Notes: a model not told the origin generated them from the letters alone. A stretch of 64,000 nt of DNA from Mobula hypostoma (GCF_963921235.1 NC_086101.1:1302001-1366000); one strand, 5' to 3'. Positions 27,790-41,278 are shown, counted from the first letter of the stretch. Translations and numbers: made by a program.

Positions 27790-29365
27790 TATTCCCAGTT
27801 AACCACATTATCACCCAGATCATTGATATAAATGACAAATAACAATGGATACAGCACCAATCCCTGCAGCACTACACTAGTCACCAGCTTCCAGTCAGAC
27901 AGGTAACTGTCTACCACCACTCTCTGGCTTCCCCTACAAAGCCAATGTCTAATCCTCATCCTCAGTATTATCACTTCCGTTCCCAATTCCCTGCCAAATT
28001 AGTTTAAACCCTCCCGAACAGCTCTAGCAAACCTGCCCATAAGGATATTGGAACCCACCCCCCCACCCCCGAGTTCAGGTGTACCCGTCCCTTATGTACA
28101 GGTCGTGAATTCCCCAGTAGAGATCCCAATGATCTGTAAATAAATCTGAACTGCTGCACCCTGCCCTAGTTCTTCAGCCACGCATTCACCCAGCAAATCA
28201 TCTTATTCTTACCCTCACTGGCGTAAGGCACAGGCAACCATCTACAGAAATCTACCCTGGAGATCCTATTTTTCAGCTTTCTACTAGCTCCATAAATTCT
28301 CTTTTCAGGAGCTCCTGACCTTATCTATCTATGTCATCGGTGCCAATATTTATTCAAGATTTATGGCGGCTCAACCTCGCCCATTAGAATGCCGTCAACC
28401 TGATCTGAGACATCCTGACCCCGGCACACCAGGCAACATACCACCCGGGAATCTATATCACACACAAAGAATCTCGTCTCTCGTCTCTGTTCCTCTGACT
28501 ATGGAATCTCCTCTCACCACTGCAGTATTTGGAGTATTGTGTGATATTGTGGTCACCTACCAACACGAAAAATGTAAATAAGGTTGAAAGAGTACAGAGA
28601 AATTTTACAAGAATGTTACTGGGACTGGAGGACCTGAGTTATTTGTAAAGATTGAATAGATTAGGATTTAATTCCTTAGAACACAGAAGACCGAGAGGAG
28701 ATTTAAAAGAGGTATACAAAAGTATGAGAGGTAGATAGGGTAAATAAAAACAGGCTTTTTCCACTGAAGTTGGGCGGGATTACAATTAGAAATTATAGGT
28801 TATGGGTGTAAGGTGAAAAGTTTAAGGAGAAGATGAGGGGAATCTTCTTCACTCAGAGGGTCGTGAGAGTGTGGAACAAACTGCCACCCCAAGTGGTGCA
28901 TGTGAGCTCAATTTCAAGGTTTAAGAGAAGTTTGGATTGGTACATGAATGGTAGGAGTATGGAGGACGATGGTCCGGGTTCAGGAGGATGGGAGTAGGTA
29001 GTTTAATGGTTCAGCACGGACTGGATGGGCTGAAAGTCCTGTTTCTGTGCTGTACCTTTCTGTGACTCTGATTCTAATTCCAGGCGGCATGAGAAAGGGG
29101 TTATTTCAAAGGAGGTGCAAGGGGAAAGTATTTTTTTTAAACACAGAGAATGATGCTTACCTAGGTGGTTACCTGGGGTGATAGTAGAGGTAAATATATA
29201 ATGGACTTTTAAGAGACATTCAGATAGGACCACGAGTGTGCGGAGAATGGTGTAGGTGTAACAAACCAGTCTAGCTGGCCACCTGATTCTGAATAGAATT
29301 GGTTCAGAAGAACATTGATGGCCGAAGGGCGTGTTCCCTTGCTGTATTGGTCTATGTTCTATGTA
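27790..29365. mobile_element. Mosaic of old CR1 fragments (minus-strand RT and ORF1 pieces to ~28525; plus-strand 3' ends to ~29065 and ~29365)
   Basis: LLFVIYINDL, esterase remnants, CR1 C-terminal motifs and TTCTATG tails. Confidence 0.75.
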
Positions 29366-29366
29366 A

Positions 29367-31995
29367 ATGCTGGAGGGATTCATGAGGTCAGGTAGCATCT
29401 ATGGAAAGGAATAAAGAGTTAATGTTTCGGGCCAAGACCCTTCATGTCAGTGATAATAAACCTGAATCTGATTCTCGTGCTCTCAGGATGTGGTTTTTCA
29501 TTCCAGAATTAATGAGATATCCTCCTTCTTAAAAGAAAAGGGATGTCCTTCCTCCATCATCAATGCTGTCCTCACTCACATCACTTTCATTTTGCGCATG
29601 TCTAGCCTCATCCATCCCCCCACTGCAATACCAGGGATAGGGTTCCTCTTGTCCTTGCCTACCAAACCACTAGCCTCCATGTCCAACACACAATTCTCCG
29701 TAACTTCCGCCACCTCATATGAGATCCCACCACCAAGCACATCTTTACCTGTACCTCCTCTCACTTTATTCAGGGCCACAAAGAGTCCTTCCAACACCTG
29801 TGAGTCTATTGAGGTAATCTACTGAGCTCCTGGTGTGGCCTGCTGTATATCAGTTAGGCGTGACATAAATTGGGAAACCACATTGCTGAGCACCTATGTT
29901 CCATCTGCCAGAAAAAATAGGATCTCCTGGTGATCACCCAGTTCAATTCTACTTCCCATTTCCATTCCGATACTTCAGTCCATGGCCTCCTCTACCTCCG
30001 TCATTTTGGAGGAGCAACACCTTATGTTCCGTTTGGGTAGCATCCAACATGATGGCATGAACATTGATTTCTCAAACTCCTGGTAATTGCCACCCACCCC
30101 ACCTCCTCCCACCATTCACTGATTCACAAATTCCTCTTACCCTATCTCCTTACCTGCCTATAACCTCTCAATGGTGCTCCCCCTTCTTCCCCTTTCTTCC
30201 ATGGCCTTTTACACTTTCCTAGCAGACTCCCCTGTCTCCAGCCCTTTATCTCTTTCACCAATCTACTTCCCAGCTCTTTACCTCACTGCTCCCCACTCCT
30301 GGATTCAGCTATCACATACCTTCTTGAACTTCTTCCTCCCCAACACCCACCTTCTTGCTTTGACTTCTCATCACTTTTTCCAGACCTAATGAAGGGTCTC
30401 GTCCTGAAAAGTCAACTGTTTACTCTTTCCATAGATATTACCTGGCCTGCTGAGTTCCTCCAGCATTTTGTGTGTGAAGCTTTGATTTCCATTGCATCAT
30501 CAATGGGGACGGGAGAGGTTTCAGAGGATTGGAGGGTTGCAGCTTTTGTTCCCTTATTCAAGAAAGCGAGTAGAGATAGCCCAGGAAATTATAGACCAGT
30601 GAGTCTTACTTCAATGGTTGGTAAGTTGATGAAAAAAGTCCTGAGAGGCAGGATTTATGAACATTTGGAGAGGTATAATATGATTAGGAATAGTCAGCAT
30701 GGCTTTGTCAAGGAAGGTCGTGCCTTAGGAGCCTGATTGAATTTTTTGAGGATGTGAGTAAACACATTGATGAAAGTAGAGTAGTAGATGTAGTGTATAT
30801 GGATTTCAACAAGGCATTTGATAAGGTACCCCATGCAAGGCTGATTGAGAAAGTAAGGAGGCATGGGATCCATGGGGACGTTGCTTTGTGGATCCGGAAC
30901 TGGCTTGCCCACAGAAGGCAAAAAGTGGTTGTAGGCGGGTCATATTCTGCATGGAGGTCGGTGACCCAGTGGAGTGCCTCAGGGATCTGTTCTGGGACCC
31001 CCTCCCTTCGTGATTTTTATAAATGACCTGGATGAGGAAGTGGAGGGATGGGTTACTAAATTTGCTGATGACACAAAGGTTGGGGGTGTTGTGGATAGTC
31101 TGGAGGGTTATTAGAGGTTACACCAGGACATCAACAGGATGCAAAACTGGGTTGATAAGTGGAGATGGAGTTCAACCCAGATGAGGGTGAGGTGGTTCAT
31201 TTTGGTAGGTCAAATATGATGGCAGAATATAGTATTAATGATAAAGATTCTTGGCAGTGTGGAGGATCAGAGGAATCTTGGGGTCTGAGTCCATAGGACA
31301 CTCAAAGCTGCTGTGCAGGTTGACTCTGTGGTTAAGAAGGCATACTGTGTATTGGCCTTCATCAACCGTGGGATTGAGTTTAAGAGCTAAGAGGTGATGT
31401 GACAGCTATATAGGACCCTGGTCAGACCCCATTTGGGGTACTGTGCTCAATTCTGGACACCCTACTACAGGAAGGATACGGAAACTATAGAAAGGGTGCA
31501 GAGGAGATTTACAAGGATGTTACCTAGATTGGGAATCATGCCTTATGAGAATAGGTTGGGTGAACTCGGCTTGTTCTCCTTGGAGCGATGGAGGATGAGA
31601 GGTGGCCTGATAGAGGTGTACAAGATGATGAGAGGCATTGATCGTGTGGATAGTCAGAGGCTTTTTTCCCCAGGGCTGAAATGGTCAACATGAGATTTCA
31701 CAGTTGTAAGGTGCTTGGAAGTAGGTACAGAGATTGTCGGGGTACGTTTTTTTTACGCAGAGAGTGGTGAGTCCGTGAATATGCTGCCGGAGACGATGGT
31801 GGAGGCAGATATGATAGGGTCTTTTAAGAGACTCCTAGATAGGTACATAGAGCTTAGAAAGATAGAGGGATATGGGCAACTCGAGGTAATTTCTAAAGTA
31901 GTACATTTTCAGCACAGTATCGAGGGCCAAAGGGCCTGTATTGCACCGTAGGTTTTCTAAGTTTCCAGCATCTGCAGATTTTCTCGTGTTTCTGA
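29367..31995 (+). mobile_element. Penelope-like element: inverted 5' terminal-repeat piece, RT-thumb/GIY-YIG remnant and 3' terminal repeat, interrupted by a CR1
   Basis: FHSRINEISSFLKEKG, then a decayed GIY-YIG region at ~29800-30088, a pyrimidine-rich 3'UTR and a hammerhead-like motif at 30382-30417. An inverted copy of the terminal repeat lies at 29367-29445. The last ~35 bp resume at 31962. Confidence 0.85.
30492..31961 (+). mobile_element. 5'-truncated CR1 nested in the Penelope-like terminus
   Basis: [23 protein letters not shown]-terminus and tail; TTTCCA is present on both sides. Confidence 0.92.
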
Positions 31996-32262
31996 ACCTC
32001 ATCCTGATGATTCAGCTGTTCACACAAATTTTAGTTTCCCAGTTATTAACTGGCTTCAATTAATGATTTTTTGATATGTACTCAAATAACTGGAAGATGA
32101 AAGATTACATGTTTACAACTCCAGTTTAAAACTATTCTGCTGGACTTTGTTCCTGGGATTTACTGTATTTTGCTTTGCCAGTGTAAATATTTTATGATTA
32201 TGCAGAATAGGGTCTGTAGCACAGCAACATGGATGGTGAATGAATTTGATCAGATCACCTAC

Positions 32263-32364
32263 CTGCATTTACGTTAAAGATTACAAATGTAATTAGTTGG
32301 CAAAATAAGGACATTCCATGAAATACCACAATTGCAGATGTCACATGAAGCCAGTACGTTTTAA
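32263..32364 (-). CDS. Host gene exon: second transmembrane helix of an Ig-superfamily membrane protein
   Basis: CCTGTTTCCATTGCAG| ... GCAG|GTAGGT; 102 bp, phase 1-1, open: (V)KTYWLHVTSAIVVFHGMSLFCQLITFVIFNVNA. Confidence 0.75.
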
Positions 32365-32480
32365 CTGCAATGGAAACAGGTCGAAATCAGAAATAAACTT
32401 AGAGGTTATAAATTAAAGAGTGTAGATATTCAATATCTTTAAACCAGCACTTCATTTTCTAAACAAAACAAACGTGTTAC

Positions 32481-32594
32481 CTTGATCCTTCTCCAAGGCA
32501 TAGACGATGAAGGCTGATGCACAGAAGGATGTTGCAGCGCTAACCAACACAATAACGGAGCCTACAAGGGTGTCTTCATGAACAAACAGATTTC
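32481..32594 (-). CDS. Host gene exon: stalk and first transmembrane helix
   Basis: TTTTGACTTTCAG| ... CAAG|GTAACA; 114 bp, phase 1-1, open: (G)NLFVHEDTLVGSVIVLVSAATSFCASAFIVYALEKDQ. Confidence 0.8.
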
Positions 32595-32871
32595 CTGAAA
32601 GTCAAAACAGTCTCAGTTTACCTCCCTGTAAAATATACACTGGATGCAGTGCATCATTAGAGAAAAATGCAATGATTTGGACCATCTCTGAACACGAATA
32701 CGTCAATTTCACAAGGCAGTGTTCAAAGCCAAGATATCCAAAATTTCAAGAACTTTTCAAAAAGCATAAGACCATAAGAGATAGGAGGTGAATTAGGCCA
32801 CGTGGCTCATTGAGTCTGCTCCACCATTAATCACGGCTGATCCTTTATTCCACTTTCTCAACCCCATGCTC

Positions 32872-34493
32872 AACGTCAACCATGAAACTTATATTAGGCA
32901 GGAAATGATGTTGGATAGGCTGTTGGGTCTGAAGGCTGATAAGTCCCCGGGACCTGATGGTCTGCATCCCAGGGGGCTTAAGGAGGTGGCTTTAGAAATC
33001 GTGGACGCTTTGGTAATCATTTTCCAATGTTCTATAGATTCAGGATCAGTTTCTGTGGATTGGAGGGTGGCTAATGTTGTCCCTCTCTTCAAGAAGGGAG
33101 GAAGAGAGAAAACAGGGAATTATAGACCGGTTAGCCTGACGTCGGTGGTGGGAAAGATGCTGGAGTCAATTATAAAAGATGAAATTATGATACATCTGGA
33201 TAGCAGTAACAGGATCGATCTGAGTCAGCATGGATTTACGAAGGGGAAATCATGCTTGACTAATCTTCTGGAATTTTTTGAGGATGTAACTATGGAAATG
33301 GTCAAGGGAGAGCCAGTGGATGTAGTGTACCTAGATTTCCAGAAAGCCTTTGATAAAGTCCCACATAGTGGGCAAAATTAGGGCAGAGGGTATTGGGGGC
33401 AGAGTACTGACATGGATTGAAAATTGGCTGGCTGACAGAAAAAAGAGAGTAGCGATTAACGGCTCCCTTTCGGAATGGCAGGCGGTGACCAGTGGGGTAC
33501 CGCAGGGTTCAGTGCTGGGACCGCAGCTGTTTACAATATATATTAATGATTTAAATGAGGGAATTAAAAGTAACATTAGCAAGTTTGCTGATGACACAAA
33601 GCTGGGTAGCAGTGTGAAATGTGAGGAGGATGTTATGAGAATGCAGGGTGACTTGGACAGGCTGGGTGAGTGGGCAGGTGCAGTTTAATATGGATAAATG
33701 TGAGGTTATCCACTTTGGTGGTAAGAACAGGAAGGCAGAATATTATCTAAATGGAATCAAGTTAGGAAAAGGGGAAGTACAATGAGTTCTAGGGGTTCTT
33801 GTACATCAGTCACTGAAAGCAAGAATGCAAGTACAGCAGGCAGTGAAGAAAGCTAATGGCATGCTGGCCTTCATAACAAGGGTAATTGAGTATAAGAGCA
33901 AAGAGGTCCTTCTGCAGCTGTACAGGGCCCTGGTGAGACCACACCTGGAGTACTGTGTGCACTTTTGGTCTCCAAATTTGAGGAAGGACATTCCTGCTAT
34001 TGAGGGAGTGCAGCACAGGTTCACAAGGTTAATTCCCGGGATGGCGGGACTGTCATATGTCGAAAGATTGGAGCGACTGGGCTTGTATACGCTGGAATTT
34101 AGAAGGCTGAGAGGGGATCTTATTGAAACATATAAGATTATTAAGGGATTGGACACGCTGGAGGCAGGAAGCATGTTCCCACTGACGGGTGAGTCCAGAA
34201 CCAGAGGCCACAGTTTAAGAATAAGGGGTAGGCCATTTAGAACGGAGTTGAGGAAAAACTTTTTCACCCAGAGAGTGGTGGATATATGGAATGCTCTGTC
34301 CCAGGAGGCTGTGGAGGCCAAGTCTCTGGATGCTTTCAAGAAAGAGATGGATAGAGCTCTTAAAGATAGTGGAATCAAAGGTTATGGGGATAAGACAGGA
34401 ACTGGATACTGATAGTGGATGATCAACCATGATCACAGTGAATGGCGGTGCTGGCTCGAAGGGCTGAATGGCCTACTTCTGTACCTATTGTCT
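32872..34493 (+). mobile_element. 5'-truncated CR1 (RT and C-terminus)
   Basis: KSPGPDGLHP, GNYRPVSLTS, KFADD, FFTQRVV; ATGCTC is present at both junctions. Confidence 0.93.
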
Positions 34494-35055
34494 ATGCTCC
34501 AGCCCTTTCCCCATAACCTTTGATTCTGTGTCCAATCAAGAACCTATCAATCTCTGCCTTAAATACACCCAACGACCAGGCCTCCTCAGCTGCATGCGGC
34601 AACAAGTTCCGCAAATTCACCACCCTCTGGCCAAAGAAATTCCTTTGCATCTATATTTTCAATAGAAGCCCTTCTATCCTGAGGCTGTGCCTTCTTCTCC
34701 TGGCCCACCATAGGAAACATCCTTTCAACATCTACTGTCAGGCATTTCAACATGCGAAAGCTTTCGATGAGATCCATAGAACATAGAAATCTACAGCACA
34801 TTACAGGCCCTTTGGTGCACAATGTTGTGCCGACCATGTAGCCTACTCTAGAAACTACCTAGAATTTCCCTACCACATAGCCCTCTATTTTCCTAAGCTC
34901 CATGAAGCATCCCTCCTCATTCTTCCAAATTCCAGAGATTTCAGACCCACAGCTATCAAACCTTCCTCAAACGATAACCCTTTCACTCCTCGAATCATCC
35001 TTGTGAACCACCTCTGGATCATCTCCAATGGCAGCACACCTCTTCTAAGATGAGG

Positions 35056-36447
35056 AATTGAAATGAATTGACTTTATTTCTTATATCTTTCACATACATG
35101 AGGAGTAAAAATCTTTATGTTACGTCTCCGTCTAAATGTGCAATGTGCAATCATAGTAATTTATAATAATTTATAAAAAATAGAATAGTCAGTGTAATAC
35201 AGAGTACACTCAAATCAGCGTGAGTTCATCAGTCTGATGCGCTGGTGGAAGAAGCTGTTCTGGAACCTGCTGGTCCTGGCTCTTATGCTGCGGTACCGCA
35301 TCCCGATGGTAGCAGCTGGAATTGAACGTGGTTCAGATGCTCAGGTCCCCAATGATCCTATGGGCCCTTTTTACACACCTGCCCTTGTAAATATCCTGAA
35401 TCATGGGAAGTTCACAACTACAGATGTGCTGGGCTGTCCGCACCACTCTCTGCAGAGTCCTGCGATTGAGGGAGGTACCGTTCCCATACCAGACAGTGAT
35501 GTAGCCAGTCAGGATGCTCTCAATTGTGCCTCTGTAGAAAGTTCTTAGGATTTGGAGGCCCGTACCAAACTTCCTCAATTGTCTGAGGTGAAAGAAGCGC
35601 TGTTGTGCCTTTTTCACCACACAGCCCGTGTGTACAGACCACGTGAGGTCCTCGGTGATGTAGATGCCGAGGAACTTGAAGCTGTTTACCCTCTCAACCC
35701 CAGAGCCATTGATGTCAATAGGGGTTAGCCCGTCTCCATTCCTCCTGTAATCCAAAATCAACTCCTTTGTTTTTGTGACATTGAGGGAGAGGTTGTTTTC
35801 TTGACACCAGCGTGTCAGAGAGATGACTTCTTCCCTGTAGGCCACCTCATTATTGTTTGAGATAAAGCCAATCAATGTAGTGTTGTCGGCAAATTTAATT
35901 CGCAGATTGGACCTGTGGATGGCGATACAGTCATGGCTATACAGGGAGTAAAGGAGGGGACTCAGTAGGCAGCACTGAGGGGCTCCTGTATTGAGAGTCA
36001 GAGGGATGGAGGTGAGGGAGCCCACTCTTACCACCTGTTGGCGATCTGACAGGAAGTCCAGAATCAAGCTGCACAAGGCAGGGTCAAGGCTGAGGTCTCT
36101 GAGCTTCTTGTCGAGCCTGGATGGAACCATGGTGTTGAATGCTGAAGAATAGTCCAAGAACAGCATTCTCACAAAAGCACCCTTCTTCTCCAGATGTTTA
36201 AGGATGGTACATAGAGCAGTGGCTATTGCATCATCTGTCGATCGGTTGTGTCGGTAGGCAAATTGTAGGGGGTCCATTTTGGGTGGTAGCAAGCTGCAGA
36301 TGTAATCCTTGATCAGCCTCTCAATGCATTTGTTTATTATTGAGGTGAGTGCGACAGGACACCAGTTGTTCAGGCATGTTACCTCGGTCTTTTTTGGTAC
36401 AGGGACAATAGTGCCCCTAATTTGAAGCAGGAGGGTACTCTGCACTG
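35056..36447 (-). mobile_element. Rex1/Babar LINE, 5'-truncated
   Basis: ORF 35333-36445: PVALTS...DPLQFAYR.NRSTDDAI...LFLDYSSAFNT...TGAPQ..LLSPLLYSLY..DC...KFADN. AATAAA and a (CAATT)n-like tail at ~35056. Confidence 0.93.
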
Positions 36448-36468
36448 GGAGAGAGAGAGATTAAAATG

Positions 36469-37016
36469 TGTAGGGTTCTCAGTAATATTAACTGTAATGT
36501 CAACTGATGAGGTAATGTTCTTTGTAGCTGAAATGATTAGGTTATAATTATAGATAACGGGAAACTAACCAACGGAAGTCATGTTATTCTATCTGTATGT
36601 GTGGGAACCTGGGTGAGTGCGCGGGAGATTGGCCAGGAGAGGCGAAGAGGAAGGACGTGTGGGAAGCGTTCTGGTAGACCACTGTGGTTGGTCCCGGTCC
36701 GAGGGTCCGAGGAGTGCGGAGGAAATCGAAGGATGGATCGAGGATATTGCGTGAGCTCCAACGTTGTGCATGAACTGTATAATCCCTATTCTTGGCGCCT
36801 TTTTATTTTATATTTTGTTCCTCTACAAACCCCATAGTCACAGTAAAATTTATAAAGTGTAATCGTTTAAACGCACATTGTGTACTGCCTGATATTTTAT
36901 GTTGTGGGTTGTACCGGGGTGCCTTACACAGCATCTACGCAAACATGAGACACAGTTTGGTGGGCAGATGCTGATTTCCCCCAGACAAACGTGGGTTGCT
37001 GGAGCTGAGTGTTACA
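36469..37016. mobile_element. Probable solo LTR
   Basis: ~550 bp non-coding block bounded by TGTAG...TTACA and inserted in a CR1. No matching TSD was seen. Confidence 0.5.
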
Positions 37017-37599
37017 TTTAACACTCAGTAAACACACCTACCAGTTGTGCTATGCATGCCCAAAACTGTTCACAATACTCAAGGTGAGGCCTCACCATTG
37101 CCTTATACACCCTCAGCATCACATTCCTGCTCCTGTATTCAAGACATCTGCATTTGCCACTCCAACCAGCGACTCTACCCACAAGTTAATCTTTAGGTTG
37201 TTCTGCACAAGGATCCCCCACGTTCCTTTGTATCTCGGGTTTTTGGATTTTTCTCCCCATTCAGAAAATAATCTGCACATTTATTCCTACTACAAAAGTA
37301 TATCACCATGCATTTTCCAGCACTGTACAGTACTTCATTTGCCACTTTCTTGCCCATTCTCTTAATCTGTCTAAGTTCTTTTGCAGCCTAACTCAACACT
37401 ACCGGTCTTATAAACCCTCAGCACCAATCTTCGTACCATCTGCAAACTTGGCAACAAAGCCATCTATTCCAACATCTAAATCATTGATATACAGCATAAA
37501 AAGAAATGGTCCCAGCATCGACCCCTGCGGAACACCACTAGTCACCAGAGAGCTTGTTGCCTCCAACCAATCAGCCAGGGTAGTTATTTTCCTGTAATA

Positions 37600-40500
37600 C
37601 CATTGCCTCCCAGGTGCCAGGGTCCAAGATGTTTCTGGATGCGTCCACAATATCCTGAAAAGGGAGGGTAAGCAGCCAGAAATCGTGGTACCTATTGGAA
37701 TCAATGACATAGGAAGAAAAAAAGAGGAGGTCCTGAGAAAAGCATACAGGGATTTAGGAAGGAAGCTAAGAAGCAGGACCTCAAAAGTAGTAATCTTGGG
37801 ACTGCCGCCTGTGCCATCTGACAGTGAGGATTGTAACAGACTAAGGTGACAGACAAGTGTGTGGCTAAAGAACTGGTGCAGTGGGCAGGGATTCAGTGGG
37901 TACCTCTTCTGGGGCGGGTGGGACATGTACTAAAGGGATGGGTTGCACTTGAACCCAAGGGGGACAAATATTCTTCCGGACAGACTTACTTGAGCTGTTG
38001 GGAGTGGTTTACACTAATATGGCAAGGGGGATGGGAGCCAGGATGATAGAGCTGAGGACGAGCTAGCAGGTTGACAACTAGACGATAGGTGTAACATGAA
38101 TACAAGGAAAGGCAAGCCATGATTGGGTACCAGTGCAGACAGAGCAAAGAGTTAAATTGTACCACAGAAGCAAAATCCAACAGGGGAAGAATACAGGACT
38201 GAAGGTGCTGTACTCAAAACCGCGTAGCATTCGGAACAAAGTGCAGGAACTCGTAGCCCAATTAGAAATTGGTCGGTATGAAGTTGTGGGTATCACTGAG
38301 TCGTGGTTGACAGAAGGCCACAGATGGCAGCTTAAACATCAAAGGATATACTTTATATCAAAAGGACAGACAGGAAGGCATAGGCGGTGGTGTGGCTCTG
38401 TTGGTAAGAGATGGAATTACATGTTTCGAAAGAGGTGACATAGGGTCAGAGAATGTTGAATCTTTGTGGGTGGAGTTAAGAAATTGCAAGGATAAAAAGA
38501 CTTTATGGGAATCATACATAGACCTCCAAATAGTAGCCAAGATTGCAAAGGGAGCTGGAAAGGCATATAAGAAGGGTAAAGACAGAATTGTAATGGGGGG
38601 GGGGGGAAGCATCAACATGCAAGAGGATTGGGAAAATCAGGTTGGTGTCAGATATGATTGAATTCATACTGCAATTTGCGAAGGAGAAGCATAAGTCAGT
38701 TTATCAGTAATGCAATGGCTGAATTTTCTGGAGATAGTTCACAAGGCGCAGAATAGATATGTCCCACAGAGGAAGAAGATATTAAATGGCAGGGTTAGGC
38801 AACCGCAGCTTCATAAGGACTGCATAAGAGCCAAGGAAAGGGTATATAAGGTAGCAAAAGTGAGTGGGACGTTGGAAGATTGGGAAGGTTCTAAAAGGCA
38901 ACTAAAAAAACTATTAGAAGATGAAAAATGAGGACAGACTAACCAATAATATAAAGCAGGATACCAAAGGTTTTTCAGTTATATAAGGAGTAAACAGTTG
39001 GTGATAGTTGATATTGGACCAGTGGAAAATGATGCTGGTGAGGTTGTAATGGGGGACAAATAATGGCAGATGAACTTAATGGGTACAAGAGAAAATCTGT
39101 AGATGCGGGAAATCCGAACTACACACACAAAATGCTGGAGGAACTCAGCAGGCCAGGCAGCATCTATGGAAAAGAGTACAGTCGACGTTTTGGGCCGAAA
39201 CCCTCAGTACTTTGCGTCTGTCTTCATTGTGAAAGACACCAGCAATGTGCCAGAGGTTTGTGTGTCAGGGTACAGGAATGAATGCCATCGCTATCACAAA
39301 GGAAAAAGTGCTAGGCCAATTCAAAGGCCTTTTGGTGGATAAGTCATGTGGCCCAGATGGACTACATCCCACAGTCCTGAGAGAGGTTGCTGAGGAGAGA
39401 ACGGATGAATTGGTCATGATCTTTCAAGAATCACTTGATTCTGGCATGGTCCCAGAGAATGCGAATGTCACTCTACTCTTTAAGAAGGGTGGAAGACAAA
39501 AAAGAGGAAATTATAGGCCAGTTAGCCACATCTCAGTGTTTGGGAAGTGTTGGAGTCTATTATTAAGGATGAGCTTTCAAGGTACTTGGAAATAAAATAA
39601 GTCAAAGTCAGCATGGTTATGTAAAGGGAAATCTTGCCTAACAAATCTGTTAAGAGTTCTTTGAGGAAGTAACAAGCAGGGTGGACAAAGGAGAGGCAGT
39701 GGATACCATTTACTTGGATTTTCAGAAGGCACTTGATAAGGTGCCATACACAAGGCCGCTTAACAAGCTAAAATCCTATGGCATTACAGAAAAGGTACTA
39801 GCATGGATAGTGAAACGGCTGACAGATGGGGGGCAGCAAGCGGGAATAAAAGAGGCCTTTTCTGGTTGGCTGCCAGTGATCTTCAAGGGTCAGTATTGGG
39901 ACCGCTGCTTTTCACATTGTTTGTCAATGATTTAGATGATGGAATTGATGGCTTTGTGGCAAAGTTTGCAGATAATACAAAGACAGGTGGAGGGGTAGGG
40001 TTCTTTTACCTTAAGCTCTCTAATCACATCCAATTCATTACACAACACCCAATCCAGACTAGCTGATCCCCAAGTGGGCTCAACCACGAACTGCTCTAAA
40101 AACCCATCTCGTCAGCACTCCAGAAATTCCCTCTCTTGGAATCCAGCTCCAATCTGATTTTCCCAATCCACCTGCCTACTCAATTCCCCTATGACTGTTG
40201 TAACTAGCCTTTTTTGCATGCATTTTCTATCTGCCAATGTTATTTGTAGACCACATCCCTACTACTGTTTGGGGGTCTGTATACAACTCCCATCAGGGTC
40301 TTTGAACCCATGCAGTTCCTTAGCTCTATCCACAATGTTTCAATACATTCCGACTCTGGAATATAGCGCTGGGAAATGTATGATAACGCATTTTGGTAGA
40401 AGGAACATAGTGCGAACTATTATCTAAATGGGGAGAAGGTTCAAACATCAGAGGTGCAGAGGGACTTAGGAGTCTTTGTGCAAGGTTAATTTACAGGTTG

Positions 40501-40600
40501 AGTCTGTGGTAGGTAAGGCAAATGCAATGTTAGCATTTATTTCAAGAGGAATAGAATATAAAAGCAGTGATAATGCTCAGCCTTTATAAGGAACTAGTCA
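37600..40600 (+). mobile_element. Decayed CR1 (ORF1 esterase through RT) with deletions and an inverted endonuclease piece at ~40010-40340
   Basis: VVGITESW, GPDGLHP, YLDFQKALDKVP, KFADN. Confidence 0.85.
39087..39204 (-). mobile_element. Penelope-like terminal repeat fragment (~120 bp)
   Basis: Matches the termini at 43800-43927 and 51785-51920, ends inside hammerhead stem II, and has GTAC on both sides. Confidence 0.85.
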
Positions 40601-40611
40601 GGTATTATCAA

Positions 40612-41278
40612 TACAAAATAATCTGCAGATGGTAAACACAAAATAATCTGCAGATGCTGGGATCAAAGCAACACTCACAACACGCTGGAGGAACTCAGCA
40701 GGTCGGGCAGCATCCGTGGAAACAATGAGTCAACGTTTTGGGCCGGAACCCTTCGTCAGGACCGTACAGGGAAGGGGCAGAGGCCCTATAAAGAAGATGG
40801 GGGAGGGTGGGAAGGAGAAGGCTGGTAGGTTCCAGGTGAAAACCAGTAAGGGGAAAGATAAAGGGGAAGCAGGGAGGTGATAGGCAGGAAAGGTGAAGAA
40901 GGAATAGGGGAAAACACAATGGGTAGTAGAAGGAGGCAGAACCATGAGGGAGGCGATAGGCAGCTGGGGGAGGGAGCAGAGTGAAATAGGGATAGAGGAA
41001 GGGAGGGGGAGGAAATTACTGGAAGTTGGAGAATTCTGTGTTCATACCAAGGGGCTGGAGACTACCTAGACGGTATATCGGTGAAACCCGACGCAGATTG
41101 GGGGACCGCTTCGTCGAGCACCTCCGCTCCGTCCGCCAAAACAGACAGGATCTCCCAGTAGCCACCCACTTCAACTCTGCTTCCCACTCCCATTCAGATA
41201 TGTCCATACATGGCCTTCTCTACTGCCATGATGAGGCTGAACTCAGGTTGGAGGAGCAACACCTCATATACCGTCTAG
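40612..41278 (-). mobile_element. Penelope-like element 3' end with an inverted GIY-YIG segment
   Basis: Minus strand: IYRLGSLQPLGMNTEFSNFQ*, 3'UTR and hammerhead motif (40728-40763). Plus strand 41075-41278: YIGETRRRLGDRFVEHLRSV...LEEQHLIYRL. Confidence 0.9.

Larger units (their letters stand above)
32765..37550 (-). mobile_element. Old CR1 3' half fragmented by several nested insertions
   Basis: Collinear pieces at 32765-32865, 34496-34772, 34905-35053 and ~37050-37550 ([15 protein letters not shown]). Confidence 0.75.

Noticed and set aside
32000..32089. Possible terminal exon after TM2 (TCTTTCATCTTCCAG|TTATTTGA)
   Set aside because: It would add only two residues before a stop and has no supporting evidence. 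It cannot be excluded without RNA data.
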